From NCBI RefSeq assembly GCF_041584535.1, contig NZ_JBFHDW010000001.1:1-32351 (forward strand): 32,351 nucleotides of DNA, written 5' to 3'. Of the stretch, positions 1-9,351 are shown one piece after another. Position numbers and translations under genes: made by a program. Under the pieces are notes generated by a model. It was not told the origin of the DNA, did no database searches, and worked only from the letters and a program-made list of their open reading frames with translations. The first letter of the stretch is position 1, and every line of letters begins with the position of its first letter. Source of the DNA: Actibacterium sp. (lineage in GTDB: Bacteria; Pseudomonadota; Alphaproteobacteria; Rhodobacterales; Rhodobacteraceae).

Positions 1-263
1 ACGAGGAAAGCCAGCCCTGCCACCTGCGGCTGAGCGACCCGGATGTGCCGATCAAGGTGAACCTGCCGAAATACGCCGAACCGGCGCAACGCTATTGCCC
101 GGCCGGGGTCTATGAGGTGCTTGAAGGCGAGGACGGCCCGCGGTTCCAGATCAACTTCCAGAACTGCGTGCATTGCAAAACCTGCGATATCAAGGACCCA
201 AGCCAGAACATCACATGGACAACACCCCAAGGCGGTGACGGCCCGAACTATCCGAATATGTAA
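1..263 (+). CDS. Electron transfer flavoprotein-ubiquinone oxidoreductase, C-terminal 4Fe-4S part (5' truncated by the window)
   Basis: Translation contains RYCPAGVYE...[14 protein letters not shown]...GGDGPNY, the characteristic ETF-QO C-terminus; stop TAA at 261-263. Confidence 0.93.
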   Translation, partial: EESQPCHLRLSDPDVPIKVNLPKYAEPAQRYCPAGVYEVLEGEDGPRFQINFQNCVHCKTCDIKDPSQNITWTTPQGGDGPNYPNM

Positions 264-359
264 TCAATGCGTGAGGCGGGGCGGCGAACGGGCCGCCCCG
301 CATTGCCTTGGCTGCCGGGCAGGGCTAGGTTCAAACGGCAGACGAACCGGAGGCTGGCC

Positions 360-2081
360 GTGCGCGCTTTTTTCATCCGAACCCTTGGAACCGTGGTCTT
401 GGCCGCGACAACCCTGTCGGCCGCGCCGGTGGTGGCAAGGGAAAGCGTCGCCGGGGCCTATCTGGCCGCCCGCCACGCCAGTTTCTACAGCGACTACAAG
501 GCCGCCGCGCAATATTACGCGCAGGCGCTGATCCGCGACCCGGCCAATCCCCAACTGCTTGAAAGCGCGCTGCTATCCTTCACCGCTTTGGGCGATGTCG
601 GCAAGGCCTTGGTGATCGCCCGCCGCATGGAGCAACTGGAACTGGGCAATCAGGCCTCGGACATGTTGCTGTTGGCCGAGGTGTTGCAACAGGAAAAATT
701 TGACGCCGCCCTGCAGGACATAAAGGACGGGCGCAGCATCGGGCCGCTGGTTGACGGGCTGCTGGTGGCTTGGGCTGAATTCGGCCAAGGCCGCATGACC
801 GAGGCTTTGGCCGCCTTTGATGCCGCCACCAATGAACCGGCGCTGGCCGTGTTCGGCGCCTATCACAAGGCGCTGGCGCTGGCAGCGGCTGGCGATTTCG
901 AAGGCGCGCGCGACCTGTTTGGCCAAGGTGATGGCCGGGCCATGCGCCTGACCCGTCGCGGCGTTCTGGCTGAAATTCAGGTGCTGAGCCAGCTTGAAGA
1001 AAACGACACCGCCATCGCGGTTCTGGACGAGGTTTTCGGTCTGGATATCGACCCCGGTCTGATGGACCTGCGGGCGCGGCTGGTCGCGGGCGATGTCATT
1101 CCCTTTACCACGATCCGCGACGGGCGCGATGGTGCGGCCGAGGTGTTCTATACCGTCGCGGGTGCCCTGAAGGGCGAGGCGAACGATACTTACACGCTGC
1201 TTTACAGCCGCATTGCCGAATATCTGCGGCCTGCCCATGTGGACGCATTGTTGCTTAGCGCGTCGCTGTTGGAATCGCAGGAACAATACGATCTGGCCAC
1301 TGCGACCTTTCTGAAAGTGCCCGCAGGCGATCCCGGCTTTTATGCTGCCGAACTGGGCCGGGCCGAGACCTTGGAAAAGGCCGGGCGCATCGAGGCCGCG
1401 ATCGAAGTGATGACCCAGATGTCCAAGACCATGGCGAATATCGCCATCGTCCATGTCACGCTGGGCGACATGTTCAGCCGTCAGGAACAATTCGCCGACG
1501 CGCTGAAAGCCTATGACAAGGCGGTCGCGCTGTTCGACGAACCCAAGCGCGTGCAATGGGTAGTGTATTATGCCCGTGGCATCGCGAACGAGCGGCTGGG
1601 CAACTGGCCCGAGGCCGAGGCCGATTTCCGCATGGCGCTGTCGCTGGACCCGGATCAGGCGCGGGTGCTGAACTATCTTGGCTATTCCTATGTTGAGCAA
1701 AAGATCAATCTGGATGAAGCTCTGGACATGATCGAACGTGCCGCCGCCTCGCGGCCGGACAGCGGCTATATCATCGACAGTCTGGGCTGGGTCTATTACC
1801 GGCTTGGGCGCTTTGCCGAGGCGGTCGAACCGATGGAACGGGCGGTGGAATTGCTGCCGGTCGATCCGGTGGTGAATGATCATCTGGGCGATGTTCTGTG
1901 GGCCGTGGGCCGCCGGAACGAGGCACAGTTCCAATGGAAGCGGGCGCTGTCCTTTATCGACTTCGAAGACATTCCGACCGATGTCGATCCTGATCGGATT
2001 CGCCGCAAGCTGGCCGTTGGTCTGGACAAGGTGCTTGAGGAAGAAGGCGCCGATCCGATCCCGGTGGCCAATGGCGACTAA
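360..2081 (+). CDS. Exported tetratricopeptide-repeat protein
   Basis: GTG at 360 after GGAGG; signal-peptide-like N-terminus; TPR motifs ([41 protein letters not shown]); sits immediately upstream of ispE. Confidence 0.88.
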   Translation: MRAFFIRTLGTVVLAATTLSAAPVVARESVAGAYLAARHASFYSDYKAAAQYYAQALIRDPANPQLLESALLSFTALGDVGKALVIARRMEQLELGNQASDMLLLAEVLQQEKFDAALQDIKDGRSIGPLVDGLLVAWAEFGQGRMTEALAAFDAATNEPALAVFGAYHKALALAAAGDFEGARDLFGQGDGRAMRLTRRGVLAEIQVLSQLEENDTAIAVLDEVFGLDIDPGLMDLRARLVAGDVIPFTTIRDGRDGAAEVFYTVAGALKGEANDTYTLLYSRIAEYLRPAHVDALLLSASLLESQEQYDLATATFLKVPAGDPGFYAAELGRAETLEKAGRIEAAIEVMTQMSKTMANIAIVHVTLGDMFSRQEQFADALKAYDKAVALFDEPKRVQWVVYYARGIANERLGNWPEAEADFRMALSLDPDQARVLNYLGYSYVEQKINLDEALDMIERAAASRPDSGYIIDSLGWVYYRLGRFAEAVEPMERAVELLPVDPVVNDHLGDVLWAVGRRNEAQFQWKRALSFIDFEDIPTDVDPDRIRRKLAVGLDKVLEEEGADPIPVANGD

Positions 2082-2898
2082 GGCCTTCGCACCGGCCAAG
2101 ATCAACCTGACCCTGCACGTCACCGGTCGCCGGGATGATGGTTATCACTTGCTGGACAGTCTGGTGGCCTTTGCCGATATCGGCGACCGCATCACGGTTG
2201 AACCTGCAGGCATGACCGACCTGATCGTGACCGGGCCGATGGCGCGGGGCGTGCCGGTCGATGACAGCAATCTGGTGCTGCGGGCCGCCGCGCTGGCCAA
2301 GGCGCCGCCGCTGGCAATCACGCTTGAAAAACACCTGCCAGCTGCGGCCGGAATCGGCGGCGGCTCATCCGATGCGGCGGCGGTGTTGCGGGCGATCGCG
2401 GACCTGACCGGCACGCCGGTGCCCGAGGATGCGCTGCGGCTGGGTGCGGATGTGCCGGTCTGCCTGCGCGCCACCGCCACCCGGATGTCCGGTATTGGCG
2501 AGACCCTGACCCCGGTGCCGCCCTTGCCCGAGCTATGGGCGGTTCTGGCCAATCCGCGCGTTGCGGTGCCGACACCCAAGGTGTTCGCGGCGCTGCGCCA
2601 GCGGATCAATCCGGCGATGCCCGCCACGATTCCGGCCTTTGCCGATGCACGGTCGCTGGTGAAGTGGCTGAAAACTCAGCGCAACGATCTTGAGGCCGCC
2701 GCGATATCGCTGTCACCGGTGATCGCGGATGTTCTGGGCGCGCTTCAGACCTTGCCGGGCAGTCTGATGGCACGCATGTCCGGGTCCGGCGCCACCTGTT
2801 TCGCGCTGTTCGACACCGAAGAGGCGGCACAGGATGCGGCGGAATTGCTGGCGATGACCCGGTCTGACTGGTGGTCGGCGGCGGCCCGGCTTAGTTGA
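2071..2898 (+). CDS. ispE: 4-diphosphocytidyl-2-C-methyl-D-erythritol kinase
   Basis: [24 protein letters not shown] motif [32 protein letters not shown]; ATG at 2071 overlaps the TPR gene end. Confidence 0.95.
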   Translation: MATKAFAPAKINLTLHVTGRRDDGYHLLDSLVAFADIGDRITVEPAGMTDLIVTGPMARGVPVDDSNLVLRAAALAKAPPLAITLEKHLPAAAGIGGGSSDAAAVLRAIADLTGTPVPEDALRLGADVPVCLRATATRMSGIGETLTPVPPLPELWAVLANPRVAVPTPKVFAALRQRINPAMPATIPAFADARSLVKWLKTQRNDLEAAAISLSPVIADVLGALQTLPGSLMARMSGSGATCFALFDTEEAAQDAAELLAMTRSDWWSAAARLS

Positions 2899-3889
2899 CC
2901 CGCGCCACCACGTAATCGGCGATATCCAACAGCATCTGACGGATAGGATCGTCCGGCAGCACCGCCAGCGCGGTCTTGGCCTTGTCCGCCCATCTCAGCG
3001 CCTCGGCGCGGGTGTCCTGCAAGGCGTTATGCTTGTTCAGCAGCGATAGCGCGATCTCAAGGTCGCCGTCCTGTTGCCTGCCCTTCTCAATGGTGCGCAC
3101 CCAGAACGCGCGTTCTTCGGCATCGGCGCGGGCCACGGCCTTGATGACCGGAAGGGTCAGCTTGCGCTCGCGGAAATCGTCACCGATGTTCTTGCCGGTG
3201 GCCTCGGAGCCCCAGTAATCCAGCAGATCGTCAACAATCTGAAAGCTGATCCCCAGCGCGTCACCATAGGTGAACAGCGCCTGAACCTGATCTTCCGGCG
3301 CGCCAGCGATCACGCCGCCGACCTCGGTCGCGGCCGAGAACAACGCCGCGGTCTTGCCGCGCACCACTTGCAGATAGATGTCTTCGTCGGTGCGCAGATC
3401 CTGCGCCGCGGTCAGTTGCAGAACCTCGCCTTCGGCAATCGTGGCCGAGGCATTGGCCAGAATGTCCAGCACCCGCAGCGACCCGGTTTCGACCATCAAC
3501 TGGAACGACCGCGAGAACAGGTAATCGCCGACCAGAACGCTGGATTTGTTGTCCCACAGCAGGTTCGCCGTCGGCCGCCCGCGCCGCTGGGCGCTTTCAT
3601 CGACCACGTCGTCATGCAACAGCGTCGCGGTGTGAATGAATTCGACCGTCGCGGCCAGATGCACATGATAGGGGCCGTCATAGCCACACATCCGCGCCGC
3701 CGCCAAGGTCAGCAGCGGGCGCAGGCGTTTGCCGCCGGCCTCGACCAGATGGGCGGTGACTTCGGGAATGCGGGGCGCGTGTTTCGACGCCATCCGGTCA
3801 CGGATCAGGGCGTTGACCGCCTCCATCTCGGGGGCCAGGTGATTGCTTAGACGCTCATGCGGTTTTGTTGCGGCGGTATCCAGACCCAT
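2891..3889 (-). CDS. ispB: Polyprenyl (octa/decaprenyl) diphosphate synthase
   Basis: GGKRLRP, first Asp-rich motif LHDDVVD..RRG, GKTA, second motif [16 protein letters not shown]. Confidence 0.9.
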   Translation of the reverse strand: MGLDTAATKPHERLSNHLAPEMEAVNALIRDRMASKHAPRIPEVTAHLVEAGGKRLRPLLTLAAARMCGYDGPYHVHLAATVEFIHTATLLHDDVVDESAQRRGRPTANLLWDNKSSVLVGDYLFSRSFQLMVETGSLRVLDILANASATIAEGEVLQLTAAQDLRTDEDIYLQVVRGKTAALFSAATEVGGVIAGAPEDQVQALFTYGDALGISFQIVDDLLDYWGSEATGKNIGDDFRERKLTLPVIKAVARADAEERAFWVRTIEKGRQQDGDLEIALSLLNKHNALQDTRAEALRWADKAKTALAVLPDDPIRQMLLDIADYVVARVN

Positions 3890-3944
3890 CACGCTCTCGT
3901 CACTTCTCTCGACAAATGCGGGCCCGTGCCCTTAAGTCCAACCT

Positions 3945-4166
3945 ATGAAAGAGCTGATGCGAACAAATGATCCGACACTCGTGGCCTTTGCGACCGCGCT
4001 CCTCCAAGGGGAGGGGATAGACTGCTTTCCGATGGATGTCCACATGAGCGTCCTCGAAGGATCGCTGGGTATTTTGCCCCGGCGGCTGATGGTGCGGGAT
4101 GGCGATCTTGGCCGGGCGCGGATCGTGCTGCATGACAATAACATTCCCCTGCCCGAGATCCGCTGA
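3945..4166 (+). CDS. DUF2007 family small protein
   Basis: MKELMRTND...MSVLEGSLGILPRRLMV, recognised as the alphaproteobacterial DUF2007 pattern; abuts the methyltransferase start. Confidence 0.8.
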   Translation: MKELMRTNDPTLVAFATALLQGEGIDCFPMDVHMSVLEGSLGILPRRLMVRDGDLGRARIVLHDNNIPLPEIR

Positions 4167-4916
4167 ATGGAACTGACCTGCGATCAGTTTATCGGCGGTC
4201 GCCTGTCGGTTTGGCAGCCCCGCGATGGCTATCGCGCCGGGGTCGATCCGGTGCTGCTGGCGGCGGCGGTTCCGGCGCGGCCCGGACAGCGGGTGCTGGA
4301 ACTGGGATGCGGTGTCGGGGTGGCGTCGCTGTGCCTTGGGGCGCGGGTGCCTGACCTGTCGCTGACTGGCGTCGAATTACAGCCCGATTATGCTGATCTG
4401 GCGCGGCGAAACGCCGATGAGAACGGCGTTCAAATATCGGTCGTTCAGGCCGATCTGCGCGCCCTTCCGGATGATCTGAGGGCGCAGAGTTTCGACCATG
4501 TCATCGCGAATCCGCCGTATTTCCTGCGGGCGCGCGGCACCGCCGCAACCGACACCGGACGCGAGGTGGCGCTGGGTGGCGAAACCCCGCTGATCGACTG
4601 GATCGACATCGCTGTTCGCAGACTGACGCCAAAAGGGGCGCTGACGATGATCCAGCGCGCAGAACGCCTGCCCGAGATGCTGTCGGCGCTGGATAAACGT
4701 GTGGGTTCGGTCGAGGTTTTGCCGCTTGCCCCGCGCGTCGGCCGCCAGGCGAAACTTGTTTTGTTACGGGCAGTTAAAGGTGGTCGCGCCGCGTTCCGGC
4801 TATTGCCGCCGGTGGTCCTGCATAGCGGCGACAAGCATGATGGCGACCGCGAAAGCTATACGCCCGAAATTCGCGCTGCATTGCGGAAAAATGCGCCAAT
4901 CGGCTGGGCGATATAA
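4167..4916 (+). CDS. SAM-dependent N6-adenine methyltransferase, tRNA1(Val) A37 (TrmN6/YfiC)-like
   Basis: QPRDGYRAGVDPVLLAA, motif I LELGCGVG, ANPPYF catalytic motif. Confidence 0.85.
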   Translation: MELTCDQFIGGRLSVWQPRDGYRAGVDPVLLAAAVPARPGQRVLELGCGVGVASLCLGARVPDLSLTGVELQPDYADLARRNADENGVQISVVQADLRALPDDLRAQSFDHVIANPPYFLRARGTAATDTGREVALGGETPLIDWIDIAVRRLTPKGALTMIQRAERLPEMLSALDKRVGSVEVLPLAPRVGRQAKLVLLRAVKGGRAAFRLLPPVVLHSGDKHDGDRESYTPEIRAALRKNAPIGWAI

Positions 4917-5041
4917 CATTGTTGCGGCGGATTGCCGCGCTGAGGAACATTGTTTCAAATTATTCTTGCACTGCGGCGTGACACGACTCAAATTCTGTGC
5001 TGCTATGTAACCATCAGATGTCAACAGAGAGGAGATTGAAC

Positions 5042-5209
5042 ATGACCATGAGTTCGCATTTGCAGGAACTCCGCCGGAAACACGAGACCCTCTCGGAACG
5101 GGTCGAGCAAGCACAGCGAAGCCCCGGCTTTGATGACCTCCGGATCGCCGAACTCAAGAAGCAAAAGCTTCGTCTGAAAGAGGAAATTCAGCGCCTTTCG
5201 CAGGGCTGA
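5042..5209 (+). CDS. DUF465/YdcH family small coiled-coil protein
   Basis: GAGGAG RBS; SHLQELRRKH...IAELKKQKLRLKEEI. Confidence 0.85.
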   Translation: MTMSSHLQELRRKHETLSERVEQAQRSPGFDDLRIAELKKQKLRLKEEIQRLSQG

Positions 5210-6072
5210 GTCTTTGCGGCGCTGGCGCGCGCGGCCAGCGTTGCCCCTGCGGTGATAAGCAGGGCAGAAATTGCAATCGTTCTGGTCGCGTCGGCAATTC
5301 CCGTCGCGACCAACACCAACGTAGACAACAGCGGCGCCGCATAGCTTGCGACCCCCAACAGCTGTATGTCACCGCGCTTGACCCCGATATCCCACACATA
5401 GAACGCCAGCCCGACCGGCCCCGCGCCCAAGGCCAGCATTGCGGCCCATCCCAATGACGTGGCGGGCCAGGCCGTATCCTCGAACATCAGATGCAGCGGC
5501 AACGATAGCGCCGCCGTCGCCAGACAGAACACCGCGACCGATGCGGTCGGCACGCTGCCCAATCGGCGCGACAGAATCGAATAGCCGGACCATGTCAGCG
5601 CACAGAGAAACGCCAGCCCATAGCCGGGCAGGGCGGTGGTTTGGAACCCCTGCGCCCCGCGCAGCACGATCAGCGCCGCCCCGGCAAACCCGATCGCTGC
5701 CCCGGCCAGATGCCCGCGTTTCAGCGTCTCACCGGGCAACAGGCCCGAAAACAGCACGATCAGCAGCGGCCAGAGATAGGCGATCAACCCGGCCTCGGCG
5801 GCGGGAGCCAGCCGCAGGGCCGAAAAATACAGCGCGTGATAGCCGAACAGCCCGGCCGTGCCAAAGGCATAGACCCGCCAACTGATCCGCCGCAATTCCG
5901 ACAGGCCGCCGCTGTGCCGGGTCCAGATCAGTCCGATCGCGCCACCGATGCCGAAACAGACCGTGTTCAGTTGCAGGGGCGGAACCGGGGCGCTGCCCAC
6001 TGTGAACAGCGCCAAAAGCGCCCACAAGAGGATGGCCAGAAATCCGATTGATGTCGCGCGCTGCCGGGTCAT
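5188..6072 (-). CDS. EamA/DMT family transporter (YddG-like)
   Basis: About ten hydrophobic segments; AEAGLIAYLWPLLIV, FYVWDIGVKRGD, SYAAPLLST; its 3' end overlaps the DUF465 gene convergently by 22 bp. Confidence 0.85.
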   Translation of the reverse strand: MTRQRATSIGFLAILLWALLALFTVGSAPVPPLQLNTVCFGIGGAIGLIWTRHSGGLSELRRISWRVYAFGTAGLFGYHALYFSALRLAPAAEAGLIAYLWPLLIVLFSGLLPGETLKRGHLAGAAIGFAGAALIVLRGAQGFQTTALPGYGLAFLCALTWSGYSILSRRLGSVPTASVAVFCLATAALSLPLHLMFEDTAWPATSLGWAAMLALGAGPVGLAFYVWDIGVKRGDIQLLGVASYAAPLLSTLVLVATGIADATRTIAISALLITAGATLAARASAAKTQPCERR

Positions 6073-6098
6073 GTCGCGGCGATACATCCGCGCGGCGC

Positions 6099-6132
6099 AA
6101 AAGAAAAGGCCAGCCGCAGCGGGCTGGCCTTT
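6099..6132 (-). terminator. Rho-independent terminator after phbB
   Basis: Stem AAAGGCCAGCC/GGCTGGCCTTT followed on the minus strand by a T-rich tract. Confidence 0.8.
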
Positions 6133-6153
6133 CCAACGTTCATTGTCTTGGCA

Positions 6154-6879
6154 TTAGCCGAAGAACTGACCACCGTTGGCCGAAATCGTCGAGCCGTTGA
6201 TAAAGCCCGCATCGTCCGAGGCCAGGAACACCACGCAGCGCGCGATTTCTTCCGGCTCGCCCAGACGACCAGTGGGGATCTGCGGGATGATGTTCTTGTT
6301 CAGAACTTCCTCGGGGATCGCGCGGACCATTTCGGTGCCGATATAGCCGGGGCAAACAGCGTTGGCGGTGATGCCGGCGCGGGCGCCTTCCTGAGCCAGG
6401 CTGCGGACGATGCCGATGTCGCCGGCCTTGGTGGCGGCATAGTTAACCTGGCCAGCCTGACCTTTTTGGCCGTTGACCGAGCTGATCACGATGACGCGGC
6501 CGAACTTGCGCTCGCGCATGCCGGGCCACACGGGGCGCACGGTGTTGAACACGCCGGTCAGGTTGGTCGCGATGACCTTGTTCCACTGTTCGGGGGTCAT
6601 CTTGTGAAAGAACCCGTCCCAGGTGATACCAGCGTTGGCGACGACCACGTCGATCGGGCCGAGGTCGGCTTCGACCTGAGCAATCCCGGCAGCCGAAGCA
6701 TCGTAATCGGCCACGTCCCATTTGTAAGTCTTGATGCCGGTTTCGGCAGTGAAGGCAGCGGCCTTCTCGTCATTGCCCGCATAGGTGGCAGCGACTTCAT
6801 AGCCCTCAGCTTTCAGGGCTTTGGAAATAGCTTCGCCGATGCCGCGCGAACCGCCGGTGACGAGTGCAACTCTTGCCAT
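6154..6879 (-). CDS. phbB: Acetoacetyl-CoA reductase
   Basis: MARVALVTGGSRGIG, NAGITWD, SSVNGQKGQAGQVNYAATKAG, PGYIGTEMV; next to the thiolase; GGAGG RBS. Confidence 0.95.
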   Translation of the reverse strand: MARVALVTGGSRGIGEAISKALKAEGYEVAATYAGNDEKAAAFTAETGIKTYKWDVADYDASAAGIAQVEADLGPIDVVVANAGITWDGFFHKMTPEQWNKVIATNLTGVFNTVRPVWPGMRERKFGRVIVISSVNGQKGQAGQVNYAATKAGDIGIVRSLAQEGARAGITANAVCPGYIGTEMVRAIPEEVLNKNIIPQIPTGRLGEPEEIARCVVFLASDDAGFINGSTISANGGQFFG

Positions 6880-7000
6880 GGTATCCTCCAATTTGGCTGA
6901 ATTCGTTGGTAACTCTGTTACTCGTTGGCGCCGCGTGGCGCAACAATATTGCGTATATTTTTGTGTAACTCGGTCATTTTTCGGAACATCGCCGGTCGGC

Positions 7001-7030
7001 AAAAAAAGGGGCGCATCGCTGCGCCCCTTT
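7001..7030 (-). terminator. Rho-independent terminator between phbA and phbB
   Basis: AAAAAAAGGGGCGCA-TCGC-TGCGCCCCTTT: perfect stem with a 7-T tail on the minus strand. Confidence 0.82.
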
Positions 7031-7053
7031 CATTTCGTGTTCTGGCGATCCGA

Positions 7054-8229
7054 TTACGGACGTTCGAGGCACATGGCCACGCCCATGCCGCCGCCGATGC
7101 ACAGCGTTGCCAGACCTTTTTTCGCGTCGCGGCGCTTCATCTCGAACAGCAGGGTGTTCAGGATGCGGCAGCCCGAGGCGCCGATCGGGTGACCGATGGC
7201 GATGGCGCCGCCGTTCACGTTGACGATCTCGGGATCCCAGCCCATGTCCTTGTTCACGGCGCAGGCTTGCGCGGCGAAGGCTTCGTTGGCTTCGACCAGA
7301 TCCAGATCGCTGGCCGACCAGCCCGCTTTGGCCAGAGCCTTGCGCGAGGCGTAGATCGGGCCGACGCCCATGATCGACGGGTCCAGACCGGCGGTCGCAT
7401 ACGAGGCGATGCGGGCGATCGGTTCCAGACCGCGCTTTTCGGCTTCATCGGCGCTCATCAGCAGAACGGCAGCGGCGCCATCGTTCAGGCCCGACGCGTT
7501 GCCGGCGGTGACCGAACCATCTTTGGTAAAGGCGGGGCGCAGTTTCTGCATGCTTTCCAGCGTCGCACCGTGGCGGATATATTCGTCCTGATCGACGATG
7601 ATGTCGCCCTTGCGGGTCTTCACGGTGAAGGCGGCGATTTCTTCGACGAATTTACCGGCCTTCTGGGCGGCTTCGGCTTTGTTTTGCGAGGCCAGCGCCA
7701 GTTCGTCCTGCATCTCGCGGCTGATCTGCCACTGCTGAGCGACGTTCTCGGCGGTTTGACCCATGTGATAGCCGTTGAAGGCATCCCACAGACCGTCGCG
7801 GATCATCGAGTCGATGAATTTCATGTCGCCCATTTTTTGGCCGGCACGCAGGTGCGCGACATGGGGGCTGAGCGACATGCTTTCCTGGCCGCCAGCGGCG
7901 ACGATATCGGCGTCGCCCAGTTGGATGTGCTGCGCACCCAGCGCAACAGCGCGCAGGCCCGACCCACAAACCTGGTTCAGGCTCCATGCGGCGGCTTCGA
8001 TCGGCAGGCCAGCGTTAATATGTGCCTGACGCGCGGGGTTCTGGCCCTGACCGGCGGTCAGAACCTGACCCAGAATGGTCTCGGACACTTCGGATTTGTC
8101 GATTCCGGCGCGGGCGACGATGGCTTCAAGAACGGCGGCGCCCAGATCATGGGCGGGGGTGTTCGCAAAAGAGCCGTTGAAGCTGCCGACAGGTGTCCGC
8201 GCGGCTGATACGATCACTACATTGGTCAT
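7054..8229 (-). CDS. phbA: Acetyl-CoA C-acetyltransferase (beta-ketothiolase)
   Basis: [38 protein letters not shown] thiolase signatures. Confidence 0.96.
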   Translation of the reverse strand: MTNVVIVSAARTPVGSFNGSFANTPAHDLGAAVLEAIVARAGIDKSEVSETILGQVLTAGQGQNPARQAHINAGLPIEAAAWSLNQVCGSGLRAVALGAQHIQLGDADIVAAGGQESMSLSPHVAHLRAGQKMGDMKFIDSMIRDGLWDAFNGYHMGQTAENVAQQWQISREMQDELALASQNKAEAAQKAGKFVEEIAAFTVKTRKGDIIVDQDEYIRHGATLESMQKLRPAFTKDGSVTAGNASGLNDGAAAVLLMSADEAEKRGLEPIARIASYATAGLDPSIMGVGPIYASRKALAKAGWSASDLDLVEANEAFAAQACAVNKDMGWDPEIVNVNGGAIAIGHPIGASGCRILNTLLFEMKRRDAKKGLATLCIGGGMGVAMCLERP

Positions 8230-8377
8230 GGGTTTGGTCCTCTCCCCGATTGGTCAGGGGGGGCGAAACTCTCACGCCGGTCATCGGGCCGGGTCGCCCC
8301 CGCTGGGTGCTAAACTGGTAAGGGGTCTGAAAACCGCGCGCAACAATATTATGCCGCGATTGCACTAAGTGGCTAAA

Positions 8378-9220
8378 TCATGCGCGCTTCTTAAGCGGAC
8401 TTTGCTGGCGCCAATGGGGGTGAATGCTGGGCGCGGCAAAGTAATAGCCCTGCATGCAATCGATCCCGGCGGATTGCAGGAATTCGGCGTCCTCGGCGCA
8501 TTCGACGCTTTCGGCCACGGTGAACATATCGAAATGCTGTCCGATCGCGATCAGCGCGGCGGTCAGCACCTGATTATCCGCGTTGTCACAGACACCGCGG
8601 ATGAACTGGCCGTCGATTTTCAGGATGTCGAAATAGAATTCCCGTAAATATCTGAACGATGTAAACCCGGCGCCGAAATCGTCCAGCGCAAAGGCGATGC
8701 CCTTTTTTTGCAGGTCGCGCATGAACACGGTGACGAGGTCGGGCATGATCATCGCCGAGCTTTCGGTGATCTCAAGGATCAGCCGCTCGGCCACGGTCGG
8801 GTTGCCGGACAGCGTGTTGTTCAGGATGCGGTTCCAGCGCGGATAACCGATCGACCGCGCCGACATGTTGATGGCAAGGCGCAGGTCCGGGGTCGCGACC
8901 AATTCCCGCAGGCCCAGCCGCAGCGCCGCACAATCGATTTCGCGTCCGGTTTCGCTGGTTTCGACCACGGTGATGAAGTCACGGGCTGGAATCACCCGCC
9001 CTGACGGGTCCAGAACCCGAATCAACCCCTCGTAAAACGCCGGTTGGGCGGCGCCGTTGGCGGGAACGACGGGTTGAAAGGCCAGCATGACATCGCCGCG
9101 TTTCAGCGCGTTTTGCACCATCGCGATCACATCATGGTCGCGCGCCGTCACCGCCGCGCCAAGCGGGCTGTCATCGACACCCATGATCGCCGGCTCGCCC
9201 TGTTCCATGGAAAATTTCAT
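8378..9220 (-). CDS. Stand-alone EAL-domain c-di-GMP phosphodiesterase
   Basis: FQPVV, YEGLIR, INMS, LEITES, DDFGAGFTS, LKIDG, AESVE, QGYYF; ATG 9220 preceded by AAGGGG (start uncertain). Confidence 0.88.
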   Translation of the reverse strand: MKFSMEQGEPAIMGVDDSPLGAAVTARDHDVIAMVQNALKRGDVMLAFQPVVPANGAAQPAFYEGLIRVLDPSGRVIPARDFITVVETSETGREIDCAALRLGLRELVATPDLRLAINMSARSIGYPRWNRILNNTLSGNPTVAERLILEITESSAMIMPDLVTVFMRDLQKKGIAFALDDFGAGFTSFRYLREFYFDILKIDGQFIRGVCDNADNQVLTAALIAIGQHFDMFTVAESVECAEDAEFLQSAGIDCMQGYYFAAPSIHPHWRQQSPLKKRA

Positions 9221-9264
9221 GCCGCCCCTTTCCATAACCTGCGACCACAATGCTGCCTTACCTC

Positions 9265-9279
9265 CTAACAACCGCTTAA
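9265..9279 (-). promoter_or_regulatory. Possible CtrA box upstream of the EAL gene
   Basis: Minus strand TTAA-GCGGTTG-TTAG, one mismatch to TTAA-N7-TTAA. Confidence 0.4.
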
Positions 9280-9351
9280 TGTTCGCATTTTGTGCTAATT
9301 GTGCTAAAACTCATTTCAAATTGATAAGGTGTTGAAAGTGTGGAGGTTTTT

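Noticed and set aside
265-305. GC hairpin after the ETF-QO gene
   Set aside because: Lacks a U-tract; at most an ordinary pause or stability hairpin.
573-2123. 516-aa minus-strand ORF
   Set aside because: Antisense shadow of the TPR gene; such ORFs are common in high-GC DNA and it has no recognisable motifs.
2891-2898. Convergent 8-bp overlap of ispE and ispB
   Set aside because: Short tail-to-tail overlaps are common; no further signal.
4167-4916. NPPY methyltransferase as a restriction-modification or defence enzyme
   Set aside because: Size, N-terminal motif and housekeeping context fit the TrmN6-like family; no nuclease nearby.
6925-8208. 427-aa plus-strand ORF (likewise 9697-10974, 22806-23987, 28114-29448)
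   Set aside because: Shadow ORFs opposite well-supported enzymes.
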